From an uncultured virus (IMG/VR IMGVR_UViG_3300011813_000035) (Duplodnaviria; Heunggongvirae; Uroviricota; Caudoviricetes): a stretch of 64,000 nt of DNA. Positions 1 to 10,101 of this stretch are shown here, in pieces; the stretch's first letter is position 1, and every line of letters starts with the position of its first letter. The position numbers and the translations under genes were made by a program. A model generated the notes under the pieces. That model searched no databases. It was not told the origin of the DNA and worked only from the letters and a program-made list of their open reading frames with translations. The stretch spans positions 62,001 through 126,000 of IMG/VR virus record IMGVR_UViG_3300011813_000035; one strand, written 5' to 3'.

Positions 1-546
1 ACGAAATTCCCAAAAACTTAGTTTCAAACAGAGAATTAAACATTGTAACAATTAATGAAACATCTGGCTGATGTGGCACAGATAGGCCGAAAGGCTATAG
101 CGAACTTTGAAAATAGGATAAATCCGCAACGTATGAAATATGTACACGCTATACCGTAAAGGATAGTAGGAAGAAACCAGAAGACGTTAGGCAGGACGAT
201 ACAAACCGCTCAAGACTATAAGCAAGACGGATGCAACTACTTATAGGGGCAGATAAAAAGCGGTATATAAATATATATGTGTAATATGGATTAGAGGCCG
301 TAAGGTTTGCATCATATAGGAAGTAACACAGTTTTACCAGTTATACAATGCAAACGAAAATACACCATTGCAGCATATTGCAAAAGGATTTTAGGAAGTC
401 GGGCAAAAGTGAAAGGTTTGTACCTGATTAGCAAGTAGTAGACAGAATCAAAATAGATATGCTTTCCCTGTCTGTGATACCGTATAAAAACAAGTTGTTT
501 AAGTAGTGCGCAAGTATGAAATGACAGCTTGTTTTCTCGTTTGTAT
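1..546 (+). ncRNA. Candidate large structured ncRNA, probably truncated at the window start; family unassigned
   Basis: Nested helices that need G-U pairs on the + strand: 205-210/259-264, 216-222/240-246, 348-357/537-546, 487-499/523-535, 440-445/468-473. GNRA-capped hairpins at 85-96, 296-307 and ~506-517. No credible ORF. Confidence 0.65.
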
Positions 547-589
547 GAATATCTGATAAAGATATAAATTAATGTAGGAGGATAAAACA

Positions 590-1480
590 ATGATGAAAGA
601 AACTGATTTGCTAGAAAACAAAGAGTTTAGAAAGAAATTAGTTGTTAAAGTGGAAGTGCTAGAAAAGGTCAAGGAGTTGCTTCTTATTCCTGGCACAGAA
701 TTAGCAACAGCCAGACAAGTAGCTGATTATTATGAGGTTGAGGAGGATACAGTTAAAAAATTGATATTCCGAAACCTTGATGAACTAGAAGAGGACGGGC
801 TTAAATCTTACACTGGAAAGGAAACGAGGGATTTTTTTGATAGAGACAATATGTCCCTTTCAAACTTACGGGGAGGTTTTGAAGTAAATGGTATACGGTT
901 TAGTAATAGGGGGAACAAAGTTATCCCTCGTCGCGCAATTCTCCGCATTGGAATGTTGCTTAGAGATTCTGAGATAGCAAAGGAGATTAGGACTCAACTT
1001 CTTAATATAGAAGAAAAGGCAATTCCTAAAACTAAGATGGCCGACATTACAGAAGAACAAACCCTTGCTTTATCGGTTGGAATGGCATATGCAAGCGGTG
1101 ACCCTACGGCGATTATGTTAGCAACTACAAAAATGATGGACTATAAAAATCGTCATATTTCTAAACTGGAAGAATCTAAAAAAGCGCTTGCAAACGGTAT
1201 TCTTGAATGGGAAGATAGGAGCCGTATTAATTTTGCAGTCCGAAAGATGGCTGCTTTTGCAAATATTCCAGTTGGTCAGGCATGGAATGAACTTTACAAG
1301 CAACTAAAAAACGGCTTCCATATTGATTTACCAAGTAGAGGTAAAAAACCATGGGTGCAACACGTAAGTGAAAGCGAATGGCAATGCGTTGTCAAAACAT
1401 TTTCAGCACTATGCGAATATTACGAGTTGGAACCTAGTAATATGTTTCACGACTTAAAAATTGAAGAAGCAGAAGTTTAA
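590..1480 (+). CDS. Phage antirepressor-like DNA-binding protein
   Basis: Strong AGGAGG RBS. Motifs 'QVADYYEV' and 'RRAILRIGMLLRDSEIAKEIRTQLL' are recalled from SPbeta-type antirepressor N-terminal domains. Confidence 0.7.
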   Translation: MMKETDLLENKEFRKKLVVKVEVLEKVKELLLIPGTELATARQVADYYEVEEDTVKKLIFRNLDELEEDGLKSYTGKETRDFFDRDNMSLSNLRGGFEVNGIRFSNRGNKVIPRRAILRIGMLLRDSEIAKEIRTQLLNIEEKAIPKTKMADITEEQTLALSVGMAYASGDPTAIMLATTKMMDYKNRHISKLEESKKALANGILEWEDRSRINFAVRKMAAFANIPVGQAWNELYKQLKNGFHIDLPSRGKKPWVQHVSESEWQCVVKTFSALCEYYELEPSNMFHDLKIEEAEV

Positions 1481-1547
1481 AATAAGGATTTGTAACGGTC
1501 AAATGTTGCAGATCCATTTTTGATTAAAAGCATAGGGGCATGACAAT

Positions 1548-1796
1548 ATGAAAGTAAACGTATATACGATAGGGAAAAAGCGGTTAATCGGCACATATGA
1601 CGCAAGAAACGCCTATGATTCAAGTTTTTACTTTCGGAATATGCCTACATTGTCAGCGAAGAAATGCAGAGAAATACTTGATACGGTTTCACCAAACTAT
1701 AAAATCAATTCTCAAACTTTGGTTTTTGAGAACATAGAGACGGGATACACGGGAGTACAGGAGGTTCACAGAGGCGGTACTATTCTTAACTTTTAA
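1548..1796 (+). CDS. Hypothetical protein
   Basis: ORF with AGGGG RBS in a co-directional array. Confidence 0.6.
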   Translation: MKVNVYTIGKKRLIGTYDARNAYDSSFYFRNMPTLSAKKCREILDTVSPNYKINSQTLVFENIETGYTGVQEVHRGGTILNF

Positions 1797-1988
1797 ATGG
1801 AGGATATGGAAATGAAGAAAATCAAATATGTAATTATCGTAACCGCACTTACTATGAGTGCTTTTTTATTTGGCAGATTCGGCAACAGAGACATTATTGA
1901 CATGAATCAGGTGGCAGATATCCAGGCAGATACAGACGGCGCACAGATTACACTTCTGGACGGTAACGGCTACTATTGGGAAAGGTAA
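1797..1988 (+). CDS. Small membrane-anchored hypothetical protein (start probably ~1812)
   Basis: GGAGG RBS, N-terminal hydrophobic helix. Confidence 0.6.
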   Translation: MEDMEMKKIKYVIIVTALTMSAFLFGRFGNRDIIDMNQVADIQADTDGAQITLLDGNGYYWER

Positions 1989-2020
1989 CAAGGAAATATC
2001 CATTTTAAAGGAGAAAAAAT

Positions 2021-2221
2021 ATGGAAAGCAAAACATTAAATAGTTTTAAGGGTTTTTCAATTGAAAAAAGCTATGACTTAGACACGAACGAAAGAATAGA
2101 CAAAGAAACAGTTGTATATTCTGCTTATGATAAAGAAGGTGATTTGTTTGATAGCAATACAGATTTAGACATATTAAAAAGACTAATTACAAGTTATATA
2201 TTAGATAAAAGATTACATTGA
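2021..2221 (+). CDS. Hypothetical protein
   Basis: AAGGAG RBS directly after a boundary palindrome. Confidence 0.6.
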   Translation: MESKTLNSFKGFSIEKSYDLDTNERIDKETVVYSAYDKEGDLFDSNTDLDILKRLITSYILDKRLH

Positions 2222-2298
2222 TTATTTGAATGGAAAATGTATTAGAGATGGATGGACTAAAAGTAAATAAAACCGAATTTTATAGGGAGGACTTAACC

Positions 2299-2478
2299 AT
2301 GAAAAAATATTTAGTATCATTTATGAAAAAAGGAGAACTTTTTGAAGTAGTAAAAAATGCTTATGATTCCTACGAAGCAAGAAAAATTGTGTCAATTGAA
2401 AACAATATACCAATGAATTTTGAAATTGGTAAATGTGAGGACGAAGATAATCACGTAGGTGCGGTAATAGAGTTATAG
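2299..2478 (+). CDS. Hypothetical protein (start moved to ATG 2299)
   Basis: GGGAGG RBS before 2299. Confidence 0.6.
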   Translation: MKKYLVSFMKKGELFEVVKNAYDSYEARKIVSIENNIPMNFEIGKCEDEDNHVGAVIEL

Positions 2479-2485
2479 AAGTATT

Positions 2486-2555
2486 AGCAGAGTGGAGCGG
2501 CTGACACATAGCCGTTTTAATGCACCTGATATAAGTCAGGCGGTCACAAGTCCGC
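2486..2555 (+). ncRNA. Twister self-cleaving ribozyme, permuted (P5-type) form, copy 1
   Basis: GCAGAGUG - P1 hairpin - UAA UGC AC - P3 hairpin - CGGUCACAAGUCCG. P2 is GCA/UGC; the pseudoknots are GUG/CAC and AC/GU. Predicted cut U2518/A2519. Confidence 0.85.
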
Positions 2556-2576
2556 AAAGTGTAGAATGGAGGGAGA

Positions 2577-2789
2577 ATGGTGACATATTGTGTTAAAGAA
2601 GCCTATACAAACACGGCTTGCTTAAAATTAAAAGAAGAACTTCTTGACAGCGTGGGAGGAAGCTATACTTCTAATTGCATTTATATCACAAAAGGTCAAG
2701 AATGGTATATAAATCAAAGGGGTTATGTACATTTTATTAAAGGAGTGAACGATGTTCTTTTGACTAATGATTTTACATTAAAATATTAA
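2577..2789 (+). CDS. Hypothetical protein
   Basis: GGAGGG RBS downstream of the ribozyme. Confidence 0.55.
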   Translation: MVTYCVKEAYTNTACLKLKEELLDSVGGSYTSNCIYITKGQEWYINQRGYVHFIKGVNDVLLTNDFTLKY

Positions 2790-3050
2790 TACCAATCAAA
2801 CGATTATTTGATGGATATTTAAGATGTCCATATGGTAGGGAGGTAGAAAGGCATGATTGTGAAACAGGTAAACATTGATATAGAGGTAGATAATTCTGAT
2901 ATTAATATGGAAACAATTATAAAAGAGCTTTTAGAAAAACAAGGTTTTAACGTATTGGGAACTGAACAAACGGATATCAGCTATGCGTATTCTAAACATT
3001 GTAACAAACAACCATAACATAAAAACGATTGATTAATTGGAGGAATAAAG

Positions 3051-3383
3051 ATGTCTGATATAGTAAAAACAATCTGTGAATTAAGTAATGGTGAATATTG
3101 GAGTAATACACAGTCCTTCAAAGAAGAGTTTATAAGCCGATTTTATAACGGCTCTGATATCTTTAATAAACTCGATTTAAACGAGTGTACACAATTCTAT
3201 GACAGAGGAAGTAATGCGGAATTGCTCATTTATAATGGTAGACAATGTGTTTATTCATGCTGTTATACGGGATATTACAACCAGAAAATAATTACTTGCA
3301 TCTACGAAAAGAACGGTCTTGTATATAACTATAACATTGATTATGACAAATTGGAGAAGGAGTTTAGCAAGAAGAAGATCTAA
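3051..3383 (+). CDS. Hypothetical protein
   Basis: GGAGG RBS, 110 aa. Confidence 0.65.
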   Translation: MSDIVKTICELSNGEYWSNTQSFKEEFISRFYNGSDIFNKLDLNECTQFYDRGSNAELLIYNGRQCVYSCCYTGYYNQKIITCIYEKNGLVYNYNIDYDKLEKEFSKKKI

Positions 3384-3414
3384 TAAAAACCGAATTTTAA
3401 GGGAGGAAAACCGA

Positions 3415-3609
3415 ATGTATATAAAACAAGGACAGATATTACAGATCAGAGAAGCAGTTGAGGAAATTAAAAAACTCACAACACTGGAGACTTGTGGACT
3501 GGATAACGAAACAAAAGAGAAAATGAAGTTGTGGGTAATGTGGTTTGATGTTTACGCTAATCAAATAGAATGTGCGTTAAATGGAGAATTAGACGAAAGG
3601 TTTAGATAA
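3415..3609 (+). CDS. Hypothetical protein (start moved to ATG 3415)
   Basis: GGGAGG RBS after the palindrome at 3384. Confidence 0.6.
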   Translation: MYIKQGQILQIREAVEEIKKLTTLETCGLDNETKEKMKLWVMWFDVYANQIECALNGELDERFR

Positions 3610-3611
3610 TC

Positions 3612-3681
3612 AGCAGAGTGGAACGGCTCCCACATAGCCGTTTTAATGCACCTGACACACGTCAGGCGGTCACAAGTCCGC
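3612..3681 (+). ncRNA. Twister self-cleaving ribozyme, copy 2
   Basis: Same core as copy 1. Differences are confined to loops and pairing-compatible stem positions. Predicted cut U3644/A3645. Confidence 0.85.
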
Positions 3682-3705
3682 AAGCATATAGAAGGAGATT
3701 AAAAG

Positions 3706-3891
3706 ATGGATATTAAAGAAAAGCTTTTTCAATATTTATTATCTTTTTGTGACGAAGTCGAAAGCCATTTTTATGGAATTATGGCTTTTAAAAATCAATA
3801 CAAAATCGAATATTATGAAAGAATAAAAAGGGTTGATATTTACGATCTTAATACAGGGAATTTGGTCAAAAGGTATACGTTTAATCGGTAA
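3706..3891 (+). CDS. Hypothetical protein
   Basis: AAGGAG RBS downstream of the ribozyme. Confidence 0.55.
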   Translation: MDIKEKLFQYLLSFCDEVESHFYGIMAFKNQYKIEYYERIKRVDIYDLNTGNLVKRYTFNR

Positions 3892-3929
3892 ATAAACAAT
3901 TAAAATTCTTATTTGATGGAGGAAAGAAA

Positions 3930-4184
3930 ATGGAAAATATTAAATATTATGAAGTAGAAATGAGCAGTAAAACAAAAGTAAAAGAAATGGGAACTTATTC
4001 AATTTGTATTAAAGGATTAAAAAAGCCAACAAGAAAAGAAGCAGAACAATTCATCAAAAAGGATTTAAAGTCAAACGGTTATGACTATGTCAGTTTTGTA
4101 AATGAAATAGATCTTGAAGAAGCAAAGTGTTTCTATGACATGGAAAATGAAACGAACTTTCCGGTATTTGGAAAATTGCAATGA
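3930..4184 (+). CDS. Hypothetical protein
   Basis: GGAGG RBS; bounded by palindromes at 3901 and 4182. Confidence 0.65.
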   Translation: MENIKYYEVEMSSKTKVKEMGTYSICIKGLKKPTRKEAEQFIKKDLKSNGYDYVSFVNEIDLEEAKCFYDMENETNFPVFGKLQ

Positions 4185-4218
4185 ATCTATTCTTTTAAAG
4201 CAAAAGGGAGGTTATAAA

Positions 4219-4410
4219 ATGAATTACGAAATACAATTAACTCACAAAGAAAATATAAGAATAGGTGATACGGTTCTTTGCAACGATGAAAAATTAAGAA
4301 CGGTATGCCGAAATAATATAACAAGAGGATTCATGGGATTATGTCTTTTTGGCGATTCCTACCAATTAGGACGTGAAAAAGTAAAAAAAGTAATTAATTT
4401 AAAATTTTAG
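4219..4410 (+). CDS. Hypothetical protein (start moved to ATG 4219)
   Basis: GGGAGGT RBS. Confidence 0.6.
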   Translation: MNYEIQLTHKENIRIGDTVLCNDEKLRTVCRNNITRGFMGLCLFGDSYQLGREKVKKVINLKF

Positions 4411-4441
4411 TAAATAAGTAGTATAGTATTTGTTTTCAGTC

Positions 4442-4479
4442 AGAAGCCATTGGACAGCGTTCCGGTGGCTTTTATAGTG
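4442..4479 (+). terminator. Terminator-like hairpin; related copies at 12306-12338 and 15468-15508
   Basis: AAGCCATTGGA...TCCGGTGGCTT followed by TT. Confidence 0.55.
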
Positions 4480-4512
4480 AAAATAAATAAAAAATAAATG
4501 GAGGTAATTAAA

Positions 4513-5088
4513 ATGAAGAAGGAATATACGGTAGAGCAATCAGCAGAAAAGGTGTGGTGGTATAAATTTACAGAACCAAACGCAAAAGGCGAAACATTTA
4601 CAATTGAATTATCATTATGTACTAATTGGGGTGGAAGTCATGCACTTCCTGTTTTATGGAAACAACATGGATATATGGACAGAGTTTTAGAAACTTACTG
4701 GTGTATTTCAACATATATGACAGATACAGAAGGAAGAGGTTGGGGAGCATATAACCCACAAAGCAAGCGAAGCGAAGACGGAAAACGTGCAGTTATCAAC
4801 TTTGATTGGATGTTTGAAGGTACAGAAGAAAACAAAGAAAGGTTGATTGATGAAGCATTCAGACTGTTTTCGATAGCTACGGGCGAAACGGCTACAGAAG
4901 AAAAGTACAGGAAAGTTAGAGAATATGCAGAAGAACGCAACATTGAAGTATTAACAGAAATGCCGGAAGGTTGGGTTAATTTGGGTTATTGTACTGCACC
5001 AACTGGATCAACTTATATTGGAAACATGAAGCCTAACTTTCATAATCTCAAAGACGTAAATAGAAGAGAAGCATTATTATTAGTTTAA
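4513..5088 (+). CDS. Hypothetical protein
   Basis: GGAGGT RBS, ~190 aa. Confidence 0.7.
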   Translation: MKKEYTVEQSAEKVWWYKFTEPNAKGETFTIELSLCTNWGGSHALPVLWKQHGYMDRVLETYWCISTYMTDTEGRGWGAYNPQSKRSEDGKRAVINFDWMFEGTEENKERLIDEAFRLFSIATGETATEEKYRKVREYAEERNIEVLTEMPEGWVNLGYCTAPTGSTYIGNMKPNFHNLKDVNRREALLLV

Positions 5089-5105
5089 ATTGGAGGTATA
5101 AAATT

Positions 5106-5576
5106 ATGAATATGGATATTTTAGCGGTAGATATTAAACATTTGTCAACCTATGATTTTCTTCAGGACGGAGAGACAGAAGAAGAACTTTTAAACCGTGC
5201 CAATGAATACAAGCAAAGGGATATTGATACATGGAGTAAGAATTGTAAAGAGTATCCATGCGAACAATTTGAACAGTATTTAAAAGCAGCCTTAAATAAA
5301 GAGTATAAGGTTATGTCATGGAATGAGCTTGAAAAGTTGCAAAGAAATTCATACATTAATCAGCCATTAGAGGAAACTACGGAAGAATGTTTCGAAGATG
5401 CGCTTAATGTGCTTCCGCCTCTTAAGTGGTGCACGATTGACGGAGTAGAAATGTTTTGTATGTCTGAAATGTACACAGGCGCATATACGAGTCAGTACGC
5501 TAAGTACAACGGTAAATATTATATAAAAATGGTTGATGCTACAGACAAAAGTACATGGATTAATAACTATTTATAA
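5106..5576 (+). CDS. Hypothetical protein, possibly DUF1419-like
   Basis: GGAGGT RBS; 'ALNVLPP...FCMSE' motif (recall only). Confidence 0.6.
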   Translation: MNMDILAVDIKHLSTYDFLQDGETEEELLNRANEYKQRDIDTWSKNCKEYPCEQFEQYLKAALNKEYKVMSWNELEKLQRNSYINQPLEETTEECFEDALNVLPPLKWCTIDGVEMFCMSEMYTGAYTSQYAKYNGKYYIKMVDATDKSTWINNYL

Positions 5577-5689
5577 AGGAGGCTACATAATGCCAGAAAT
5601 TAAATTAGATCTTGATTGGGAAGTCATAGTGAAATGTAACGATTAAAAGCATATGAAAAGTATGTTTTATGGTTAGATTGGAGGAATAA

Positions 5690-6022
5690 ATGGGAAGTAT
5701 AACATATCAAAAGGCTTTTAGAAGACAACAAAAAAAGACTTACAAAGGATTAACAAAAGAACAAAAAGAATATGTCAAAGTAAAGGAAGCTTTTGAGCAA
5801 TACGGTAAGGATCTAAATGATTTTTTTAGAACTGCAAAAAGAAAAGAAAGTGGGGCGGTTGATTTTGAAAATCTCGAATCATCTGAACTTGATTATTTTG
5901 AGCATATTTATAAATCAAAGGAAAAAGCAGCTAAAAAAATGAATAAATTGGAAAGTGTGATTGATGTAGATAGTACTTTAAATATATTTCTACAACTCAA
6001 CACACACAGTATGTCTTTTTAA
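5690..6022 (+). CDS. Hypothetical protein
   Basis: GGAGG RBS; bounded by palindromes at 5654 and 6027. Confidence 0.65.
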   Translation: MGSITYQKAFRRQQKKTYKGLTKEQKEYVKVKEAFEQYGKDLNDFFRTAKRKESGAVDFENLESSELDYFEHIYKSKEKAAKKMNKLESVIDVDSTLNIFLQLNTHSMSF

Positions 6023-6639
6023 ACAATAGAATGTAATTTTCAACGGTTAATATAGAAAGGAAGGTTGTTACAGCATGGATAAAATGCTTGTAGATATGAA
6101 TAAAAAAGAATTATGTGAAATTTTAATTCAATATGATAAAAAAAGAACGATCAAGCAATTAATGAGATTATCAAAAAACATTATGGTAGGTCAAATAAAC
6201 AGTTATAGAGAATATAATTTTCATGTAGAGAATGGAGGTATTTAACAATGATAGGAGATAGAACAGCAAAGTTAGAAAAGTTCTTTAAGGTAAGTAAGCC
6301 AAAAGATCTAAATGAGATAGAATGGCTTGAAAAATTATATGAAAAGGAGCAGGAATGGGAAGAGGATCACCAAAAAGCATTCCCAATATAAAAGATAATA
6401 GAATTGTAATTTTAAGGAGGAAATTAAAATGAAATTATTTTGGAAAAGATTTATAGAATCAGATAATGGTCAATGTTTGCAATTTATATGTTTTTTATTT
6501 TTTCTTCCAGTACTTATAATAGTCGGATTAATAACTAGACAAATAAAGTTAAAAGACTTGTTGTAAATGTTTTAGCATTTTTTTTTTAAGATGAAAGACA
6601 GGATTCACGTCTCATTGAAGCGGAAAGAGAGGGATTGGA

Positions 6640-6828
6640 ATGAAAAGACTAGGTATGTTTAGTGGTAAGATATATGAAGATCATGAAGTAAGCGGTATGA
6701 ATGAGTGTGGACTGTGTATTACTGATAACCAGGCAGAAGATAGTGAATATATCAATAAAATGAAAATAGAAAATTTAGCGAAATGTGGCGGTTGCTTTAG
6801 TTGTCCCATGGCTGAAACGATGTTATAA
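6640..6828 (+). CDS. Small Cys-rich hypothetical protein
   Basis: CxxC and CxxCxxC; bounded by palindromes at 6592 and 6836. Confidence 0.55.
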   Translation: MKRLGMFSGKIYEDHEVSGMNECGLCITDNQAEDSEYINKMKIENLAKCGGCFSCPMAETML

Positions 6829-7046
6829 GCACACATGAAAAGCACATTTCATGAATGAAATACTATTGTAATGCAAAAATTGGAACTCAACATGTACAAA
6901 ACTGGCACTTGGGTTGAGCTGATCTAAGATATATGTTATAAGAGAGTATACTAAATTATTAGTCACTATTATATAAAGAAAGGGGTGATATCTTAAAGAT
7001 TAGATAAGTAACTGTAGGCGTATAATAAAACATTAGGAGGGTATTT

Positions 7047-7886
7047 ATGAAAACTTTATTTAAAAAAGTAACTTCTGCTTTATTAGTATTATCAATTATG
7101 TTCACATCGACAATTAGTTCATTTGCGCAAACCGCTTCTGATAACATTGTAAGAAAAAACATTGTATACGAAAAAGGTAGTATAGAAGAATTGCTTGAAT
7201 CAAGTAATTCGAACAGTGTTGCAAGTAGACAGACTACAGACAGATCAAAAAAGCTAGTTTATACTTATGATGAAAATGGCATGAAGTACAAAGTATATGG
7301 AGAAGCCAATAATGATCTTACTTACGCAAATTCACAAATTTATAATATAAAAGCTGGTAAAGAGACATTAGTTCGTACTGAAACTGTTGTTGTAAAAAAT
7401 AATGTTGTTACAACGACAATTAACGAAAATGGAAAAACTACTGTTGATAAACTAGATTTGAATGAGGATAAAATAGAAGAATCCTCAAATCGGTTAATAC
7501 AACTGAATGGTACGTGGAGCGGATATCCTGTTAGTAATACTTTTGTTGAATGGGCAACATTTAAAAGAACAAAAGCTATAACCGGAACAACCTCTACTTC
7601 GGTCACGGCTGTAATTAATGCTATTGTTAAGTTTTCAAATATTGATAAAAGGGCAAAAATAGCAGTAACCGCAATATCAGTTATTGTCAATTATATTGTT
7701 CAAATAAACGCAAAAAAGACATATTACAATGAGGTGGTTAGTTTCAGATGGACTGAAATACCTAATGTAGCAGTGCAACAAAAAGCAGTAGAGCGAACAG
7801 AAAGAACCTTTTATACAGATAGTAATCGAGCCACAGCTGTTCAGATTGTTACAACAACTTCCTATGCACAGGATTATAAGAATTAA
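7047..7886 (+). CDS. Secreted protein; candidate bacteriocin/toxin
   Basis: AGGAGG RBS, Sec signal peptide ending S-F-A, amphipathic helical pair in the C-terminal half. Function is inference. Confidence 0.7.
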   Translation: MKTLFKKVTSALLVLSIMFTSTISSFAQTASDNIVRKNIVYEKGSIEELLESSNSNSVASRQTTDRSKKLVYTYDENGMKYKVYGEANNDLTYANSQIYNIKAGKETLVRTETVVVKNNVVTTTINENGKTTVDKLDLNEDKIEESSNRLIQLNGTWSGYPVSNTFVEWATFKRTKAITGTTSTSVTAVINAIVKFSNIDKRAKIAVTAISVIVNYIVQINAKKTYYNEVVSFRWTEIPNVAVQQKAVERTERTFYTDSNRATAVQIVTTTSYAQDYKN

Positions 7887-8083
7887 TGAAAACATTATTA
7901 AATAAGATTATTTCAAACTTAGGCTATATTTTAATTATTTGCGGAATGTTAATAGCAGATAAAGTTACTACACATGCTAAATGGGTAAATATTATTAAAG
8001 ATAATACTTGGCGAATTATATTTGTGTTAATTGTAATTGTAGTTTCAGAATTAATTATAAAGTATATTAAGGATAATAAATAA
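7886..8083 (+). CDS. Two-TM small membrane protein; candidate immunity protein
   Basis: Coupled to the upstream gene (TAATG overlap), two hydrophobic segments. Confidence 0.65.
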   Translation: MKTLLNKIISNLGYILIICGMLIADKVTTHAKWVNIIKDNTWRIIFVLIVIVVSELIIKYIKDNK

Positions 8084-8137
8084 ATCCATTTTTCTGTAAT
8101 TATTAATTATACTGTACTAATTTAATATAGCAGAATA

Positions 8138-8172
8138 ATAAGAGCGTTGTCTTATAGATAACGCTTTTTATT
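8138..8172 (+). terminator. Intrinsic terminator
   Basis: AAGAGCGTTGTC-loop-GATAACGCTTTTT. Confidence 0.7.
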
Positions 8173-8371
8173 ATGCAATGGGAAGGATAAAAAGTACATC
8201 TTAAGAACAAAGAACAAGCGGAGGAATAAAGAATATGGATGATAGTAGCAAGAAAAACAAGCGAGGTAAGGAAATATACATCTACGATACAGAAGGGCAT
8301 TATACGTGGCACAGTAGCTTTAGGGAGGCACTTGAGGACGTTAGAAAGTCTATCACAAGAAAGGAATAGCT

Positions 8372-8599
8372 ATGGTAAACACGGTCAGGAATTATGATGA
8401 TTCGTATAGTTACGGTTCTGTTGAGCACAAACAAAAATCAAAACAACTTAATAAATACTACAAACTCATGGGAAGCGTTTTAATCGGGCTTTCTTTTTTT
8501 GTACCATATTTTCTATCAGATCAGGACGGAAACGGCGCTATAACGGCTATTATGTGGGTTGTGAGCGTTGTTTTGTTCATGAGTATCAAACACAAATAG
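8372..8599 (+). CDS. Two-TM membrane protein
   Basis: AAAGGA RBS, two hydrophobic segments. Confidence 0.6.
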   Translation: MVNTVRNYDDSYSYGSVEHKQKSKQLNKYYKLMGSVLIGLSFFVPYFLSDQDGNGAITAIMWVVSVVLFMSIKHK

Positions 8600-8934
8600 A
8601 ATGGAGGTTTTTACTGTGAGATTTTCTATTACAACATATATATATGGTTACAGAATCATAGATACATCAACAGGTAGGCAGATATTTTGTGGACTTGGAG
8701 AATTAAACGAAACTATTAATCGACTCGTGGGAGAGTAAAACAAGATTTAAACAATCGGAACGGGAGAGATCAGATATGGAGAATGCAAAACTAGAAACAT
8801 TTATGTCAAGAGGAACTACCTATGTAATATATAGAACAGCAACGACAGCCTGTATTATGACGAAGGCAGAGTATATGGAAACGTTTGGATAATGTTTGAA
8901 AGATAGAACAGCTTAACAGGGGAGACGTGCTAAA

Positions 8935-9123
8935 ATGGGATATGGAGAATTAGAACGGTGTAACGATTTTAATAGACTAACGGAAGTATTTGATGATGAT
9001 ATGCTTAAGTACTTCCAGAAGCAATTAGAAGACTATTTAAACGGATCAGAGGAGCGTCCTGCGGCTGTGTGTTGGTATACAGATTTGATGGATACTGATG
9101 AATTGATAAGCCAGTGCTTGTAA
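8935..9123 (+). CDS. Hypothetical protein
   Basis: GGGGAG RBS. Confidence 0.5.
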   Translation: MGYGELERCNDFNRLTEVFDDDMLKYFQKQLEDYLNGSEERPAAVCWYTDLMDTDELISQCL

Positions 9124-9169
9124 AGAAAATTAAAATATAATATAATTATAAAAATGGAGGGATTAAGCT

Positions 9170-9430
9170 ATGAGTAAATTAAGATTAACCATTGAAATAG
9201 ATCTGGACGAAAAAGACTTAAGCATTATCGACGATTACACTAATGACTACAAAAAGGGAATGAGTATTGACGAGTACATTAAAAGAATCGAAGTTAGAAA
9301 TTCAGAGAATAAAGATTCCGGAGCAGTAGAAATATTCAATGACATAGAAGATTATTACCAAATGAACCTGGGAGACGGCACCGCTGTAATGAAGAATCCT
9401 AAAATAATAAATATTGAGAAAATAGAGTAA
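9170..9430 (+). CDS. Hypothetical protein
   Basis: GGAGGG RBS; followed by a terminator hairpin at ~9437-9464. Confidence 0.65.
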   Translation: MSKLRLTIEIDLDEKDLSIIDDYTNDYKKGMSIDEYIKRIEVRNSENKDSGAVEIFNDIEDYYQMNLGDGTAVMKNPKIINIEKIE

Positions 9431-9695
9431 ATAACTAACAGCCTTGAATATCGGGCTGTTTTTTAATGCATAAATGTGTGCTTTCATTAAAAAATGGATA
9501 GTAAGAAAGGAAATGATGAGAATGTGTAAAGAAAGAAATAAACTAGAGAAGATTAAGGCAAAAGTTATGAAAAGTACAAACGACAAATGTTTTTTTTCAG
9601 AAAGAAGTTTGACATATCCAGAAAGAATACGACTTAAAGAAATGGTTTATAGGGATGTATTTAGTAAATAAAATGATGATTTGAAAGGAGTTAGA

Positions 9696-9902
9696 ATGAA
9701 AACAACTGAAGAGTTAAAAGAAATTATTTTGGATTTGAGACTAAAAATAATAAAACTAAATGTCCCAAAAGGACATTGCCCATATGCTTACTACAACGAA
9801 TTTGATAATCCTTTGGGAGATTGTAGTGATTGCAGTGAATGCAAAGAGGTTTTTATGAATAAATGGGAAGAAATTATAATCAAGGATTTAGAGACGCTTT
9901 AG
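9696..9902 (+). CDS. Small Cys-rich hypothetical protein
   Basis: AAGGAG RBS; bounded by palindromes at 9669 and 9908. Confidence 0.6.
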   Translation: MKTTEELKEIILDLRLKIIKLNVPKGHCPYAYYNEFDNPLGDCSDCSECKEVFMNKWEEIIIKDLETL

Positions 9903-10101
9903 GGAAATAAATGAGATATTTTATGGTGAAGTATGAGGGGATTTATAATAATTATATGATAGAATATCATTATAATATATGATATACTCAATTACGCAAT
10001 ATATTATGTGATGGCTGACAGATAAAATTTTGTCGACGAGGAAAATAAACTTCTGAATGTCAGAGAAACATATAAATTATAAATTTATAGGAGTATGTAT
10101 A

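Noticed and set aside
68..92. Hammerhead-like CTGATG...GAAA
   Set aside because: The core reads CUGAUGU, not CUGANGA, and I could not form stems I and III with a cleavage triplet; the GAAA fits a GNRA hairpin better
312..696. Minus-strand ORFs 312-590 and 499-696
   Set aside because: No RBS and low-complexity translation; antisense to the structured RNA and the antirepressor gene
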